Below, piece by piece: positions 25,001 to 29,833 of a stretch of 29,833 bases of DNA (its first letter is position 1; each line of letters begins with the position of its first letter). Source of the DNA: Utricularia gibba (taxonomy: Eukaryota > Plantae > Magnoliophyta); NCBI GenBank assembly GCA_002189035.1, contig NEEC01000284.1:1-29833 (forward strand), given 5' to 3'. A model generated the notes under the pieces. It was given only the letters and a program-made list of their open reading frames with translations, had not been told where the DNA came from and made no database searches. The translations under genes and the position numbers were made by a program.

Positions 25001-28000
25001 TGTAGGCAGCCAATTAAAACCCAACGTTAAAAATGCATCAAGTTTTTTGCCGAGCTACAAATGACTATGGGCCCGAGCTCGACTCGACCCCTTCTCGATA
25101 CCGTTGCCCACGAGAGCGCCCTCCTCAGATATAAAGCATGCGGTTGAGAAAACCATTTTGGGTGCTCATGACATCCTAACTTCAATAAGTGCATCACGAT
25201 TTTCGTCGAGTAGGACCCGATGTGGCAAAGGAGTCAGACCGAACTTGGGTCAGAACGAAGTTCACAACGACATCACCCGCCCAAAACGACAAGCTTTTCC
25301 TTGAGAAACCCATGTAGGCAGCCATTAAAACCCAACGTTAAGAATGCATCAAGTTTTTTGCCGAGCTACAAATGACTATGGGCCCGAGCTCGACTCGACC
25401 TCCTTCTCGATACCGTTGCCCACGAGAGCGCCTTATCAAATATAAAGCATGCGGTTGAGAAAACCATTTTGGGTGCTCATGACATCCTAACTTCAATAAG
25501 TGCAGCACGATCGTCGAGTAGGACCCGATGTGGCAAAGGAGTCAGACCGAACCTTGGGTCAGAACGAAGTTCACAACGACATCACCCGCCAAAAACGACA
25601 AGCTTTTCCTTGAGAAACCAGTAGGCAGCCAATTAAAACCCAACGTTAAAAATGCATCAAGTTTTTTGCCGAGCTACAAATGACTATGGGCCCGAGCTCG
25701 ACTCGACCTCCTTCTCGATACCGTTGCCCCACGAGCGCCTCCTCAGATATAAAGCATGCGGTTGAGAAAACCATTTTGGGTGCTCATGACATCCTAACTT
25801 CAATAAGTGCATCACGATTTTCGTCGAGTAGGACCCGATGTGGCAAAGGAGTCAGACCGAACCTTGGGTCAGAACGAAGTTCACAACGACATCACCGCCC
25901 AAAAACGACAAGCTTTTCCTTGAGAAACCATGTAGGCAGCCAAAAAACCCAACGTTAAGAAATGCATCAAGTTTTTTGCCGAGCTACAAATGACTATGGG
26001 CCCGAGCTCGACTCGACCTCCTGCTCGATACCGTTGCCCCACGAGAGCGCCTTATCAAATATAAAGCATGCGGTTGAGAAAACCATTTTGGGTGCTCATG
26101 ACATCCTAACTTCAATAAGTGCAACGATTTTCGTCGAGTAGGACCCGATGTGGCAAAGGAGTCAGACCGAACCTTGGGTCAGAACGAAGTTCACAACGAC
26201 ATCACCCGCCCAAAAACGACAAGCTTTTCCTTGAGAAACCATGTAGGCAGCCAATTAAAACCCAACGTTAAGAAATGCATCAAGTTTTTTGCCGAGCTAC
26301 AAATGACTATGGGCCCGAGCTCGACTCGACCTCCTTCTCGATACCGTTGCCCCACGAGAGCGCCTCCTCAGATATAAAGCATGCGGTTGAGAAAACCATT
26401 TTGGGTGCTCATGACATCCTAACTTCAATAAGTGCATCACGATTTTCGTCGAGTAGGACCCGATGTGGCAAAGGAGTCAGACCGAACCTTGGGTCAGAAC
26501 GAAGTTCACAACGACATCACCCGCCCAAAACGACAAGCTTTTCCTTGAGAAACCATGTAGGCAGCCAATTAAAACCCAACGTTAAGAAATGCATCAAGTT
26601 TTTTGCCGAGCCACAAATGACTATGGGCCCGAGCTCGACTCGACCACCTGCTCGATACCGTTGCCCCACGAGAGCGCCTTCAGATATAAAGCATGCGGTT
26701 GAGAAAACCATTTTGGGTGCTCATGACATCCTAACTTCAATAAGTGCATCACGATTTTCGTCGAGTAGGACCCGATGTGGCAAAGGAGTCAGACCGAACC
26801 TTGGGTCAGAACGAAGTTCACAACGACATCACCCGCCCAAAAACGACAAGCTTTTCCTTGAGAAACCATGTAGGCAGCCAATTAAAACCAACGTTAAGAA
26901 ATGCATCAAGTTTTTTGCCGAGCTACAAATGACTATGGGCCCGAGCTCGACTCGACCTCCTTCTCGATACCGTTGCCCCACGAGAGCGCCTCCTCAGATA
27001 TAAAGCATGCGGTTGAGAAAACCATTTTGGGTGCTTATGACATCCTAACTTCAATAAGTGCATCACGATTTTCGTCGAGTAGGACCCGATGTGGCAAAAG
27101 GAGTCAGACCGAACCTTGGGTCAGAACGAAGTTCACAACGACATCACCCGCCCAAAAACGACAAGCTTTTCCTTGAGAAACCATGTAGGCAGCCAATTAA
27201 AACCCAACGTTAAGAAATGCATCAAGTTTTTTGCCGAGCCACAAATGACTATGGGCCCGAGCTCGACTCGACCTCCTTCTCGATACCGTTGCCCCACGAG
27301 AGCGCCTCCTCAAATATAAAGCATGCGGTTGAGAAAACCATTTTGGGTGCTCATGACATCCTAACTTCAATAAGTGCATCACGATTTTCGTCGAGTAGGA
27401 CCCGATGTGGCAAAGGAGTCAGACCGAACCTTGGGTCAGAACGAAGTTCACAACGACATCACCCGCCCAAAAACGACAAGCTTTTCCTTGAGAAACCATG
27501 TAGGCAGCCAATTAAAACCCAACGTTAAGAAATGCATCAAGTTTTTTGCCGAGCTACAAATGACTATGGGCCCGAGCTCGACTCGACCTCCTTCTCGATA
27601 CCGTTGCCCACGAGAGCGCCTCCTCAATATAAAGCATGCGGTTGAGAAAACCATTTTGGGTGCTCATGACATCCTAACTTCAATAAGTGCATCACGATTT
27701 TCGTCGAGTAGGACCCGATGTGGCAAAGGAGTCAGACCGAACCTTGGGTCAGAACGAAGTTCACAACGACATCACCCGCCCAAAAACGACAAGCTTTTCC
27801 TTGAGAAACCATGTAGGCAGCCAATTAAAACCCAACGTTAAGAAATGCATCAAGTTTTTTGCCGAGCTACAAATGACTATGGGCCCGAGCTCGACTCGAC
27901 CTCCTTCTCGATACCGTTGCCCCACGAGAGCGCCTCCTCAGATATAAAGCATGCGGTTGAGAAAACCATTTTGGGTGCTCATGACATCCTAACTTCAATA

Positions 28001-29833
28001 AGTGCAACGATTTCGTCGAGTAGGACCCGATGTGGAAAAAGGAGTCAGACCGAACCTTGGGTCAGAACGAAGTTCACAACGACATCACCCGCCCAAAAAC
28101 GACAAGCTTTTCCTTGAGAAATGTAGGCAGCCAATTAAAACCCAACGTTAAGAAATGCATCAAGTTTTTTGCCGAGCTACAAATGACTATGGGCCCGAGC
28201 TCGACTCGACCTCCTGCTCGATACCGTTGCCCACGAGAGCGCCTCCTCAGATATAAAGCATGCGGTTGAGAAAACCATTTTGGTGCTTATGACATCCTAA
28301 CTTCAATAAGTGCATCACGATTTTCGTCGAGTAGGACCCGATGTGGAAAAGGAGTCAGACCGAACCTTGGGTCAGAACGAAGTTCACAACGACATCACCC
28401 GCAAAAACGACAAGCTTTTCCTTGAGAAACCATGTAGGCAGCCAATTAAAACCCAACGTTAAAAATGCATCAAGTTTTTTGCCGAGCTACAAATGACTAT
28501 GGGCCCGAGCTCGACTCGACCCCTCGATACCGTTGCCCCACGAGAGCGCCTCCTCAGATATAAAGCATGCGGTTGAGAAAACCATTTTGGGTGCTCATGA
28601 CATCCTAACTTCAATAAGTGCACGATTTTCGTCGAGTAGGACCCGATGTGGCAAAGGAGTCAGACCGAACCTTGGGTCAGAACGAAGTTCACAACGACAT
28701 CACCCGCCAAAACGACAAGCTTTTCCTTGAGAAACCATGTAGGCAGCCAATTAAAACCCAACGTTAAGAAATGCATCAAGTTTTTTGCCGAGCTACAAAT
28801 GACTATGGGCCCGAGCTCGACTCGACCTCCTTCTCGATACCGTTGCCCACGAGAGCGCCTTCAGATATAAAGCATGCGGTTGAGAAAACCATTTTGGGTG
28901 CTTATGACATCCTAACTTCAATAAGTGCATCACGATTTTCGTCGAGTAGGACCCGATGTGGCAAAGGAGTCAGACCGAACCTTGGGTCAGAACGAAGTTC
29001 ACAACGACATCACCCGCCCAAAAACGACAAGCTTTTCCTTGAGAAACCATGTAGGCAGCCAATTAAAACCCAACGTTAAAATGCATCAAGTTTTTTGCCG
29101 AGCCACAAATGACTATGGGCCCGAGCTCGACTCGACCTCCTGCTCGATACCGTTGCCCCACGAGAGCGCCTTATCAAATTAAAGCATGCGGTTGAGAAAA
29201 CCATTTTGGGTGCTCATGACATCCTAACTTCAATAAGTGCAGCACGATTTTCGTCGAGTAGGACCCGATGTGGCAAAGGAGTCAGACCGAACCTTGGTCA
29301 GAACGAAGTTCACAACGACATCACCCGCCCAAAAACGACAAGCTTTTCCTTGAGAAACCATGTAGGCAGCCAATTAAAACCCAACGTTAAGAAATGCATC
29401 AAGTTTTTGCCGAGCTACAAATGACTATGGGCCCGAGCTCGACTCGACCTCCTTCTCGATACCGTTGCCCCACGAGAGCGCCTTATCAATATAAAGCATG
29501 CGGTTGAGAAAACCATTTTTGCATGACATCCTAACTTCAATAAGTGCAGCACGATTTTCGTCGAGTAGGACCCGATGTGGCAAAGGAGTCAGACCGAACC
29601 TTGGGTCAGAACGAAGTTCACAACGACATCACCCGCCCAAAAACGACAAGCTTTTCCTTGAGAAACCATGTAGGCAGCCAATTAAAACCCAACGTTAAGA
29701 AATGCATCAAGTTTTTTGCCGAGCTACAAATGACTATGGGCCCGAGCTCGACTCGACCTCCTTCTCGATACCGTTGCCCCACGAGAGCGCCTCCTCAGAT
29801 ATAAGCATGCGGTTGAGAAAACCATTTTGGGTG
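16054..29833 (+). repeat. Array domain 2: long-form monomers only, gtgcaTcacg dominant, extra variants (cctGctcg, ccTTATcaa, gtggAaaa), higher indel load
   Basis: No ggcaaaggaacc junction was found after 13,980. Clear gtgcaGcac occurs only at about 25501, 29240 and 29546. ttatcaa/ctatcaa is seen 7 times from 20,791 onward. Confidence 0.8.

Larger units (their letters stand above)
1..29833. repeat. Satellite DNA tandem array, 315-bp consensus monomer (305-bp variant), about 95 monomer-equivalents, all in one orientation; runs off both window ends
   Basis: The same unit (aagcttttccttgagaaaccatgtaggcagcc...gggcccgagctcgactcgacc...gcatgcggttgagaaaaccattttgggtgc...gtcagaacgaagttcacaacgacatcacccgcccaaaaacgac) recurs from base 1 to the end. 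AAGCTT sites at 12095 and 12410 are 315 bp apart. ORF-track starts 11991/12306 and 12149/12464 also differ by 315. I saw no inverted copies or foreign sequence. Confidence 0.99.

Noticed and set aside
192-29804. The many 60-240 aa ORFs in the six-frame track as protein-coding genes
   Set aside because: They are the same few reading frames of the monomer, fused differently by indels. There is no recognisable domain and no frame conservation between copies.
1-29833. CRISPR array
   Set aside because: There are no unique spacers between short repeats. The entire 315 bp repeats, and no cas genes are present.
1-29833. 5S rDNA, tRNA or spliced-leader RNA tandem array (similar unit size)
   Set aside because: I recognise no 5S or tRNA sequence on either strand. 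The ccattttgg match to the dinoflagellate spliced leader is only 9 bp and the flanks disagree.
1-29833. Rolling-circle amplification product of one small circle
   Set aside because: Copies of a single template would be identical or strictly periodic. Here, linked multi-site haplotypes occur aperiodically and change along the array.

Overview
The whole 29.8 kb window is one head-to-tail, single-orientation satellite-type tandem array of about 95 monomer-equivalents. I see no genes, RNA genes, CRISPR arrays or transposons. The consensus monomer is 315 bp (HindIII to HindIII, e.g. 12095-12409), about 48% GC and not CpG-depleted. It is itself an old, diverged dimer of 157 + 158 bp subunits. A 305-bp variant with a precise 10-bp deletion occurs 15 times, all before 14 kb. 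Diagnostic variants are linked into monomer haplotypes, show runs of two-monomer alternation, and change in frequency along the array. A ~2 kb block of shuffled monomer fragments (14.1-16.05 kb) lies between the two halves. Frequent homopolymer indels suggest a raw or lightly polished long read or contig, so some fine structure may be technical. The ORFs in the track are the same few monomer reading frames re-cut by indels and are not called as genes. The architecture resembles eukaryotic, plant-like centromeric or heterochromatic satellite DNA, but I cannot identify the family or organism. All counts were made by eye.
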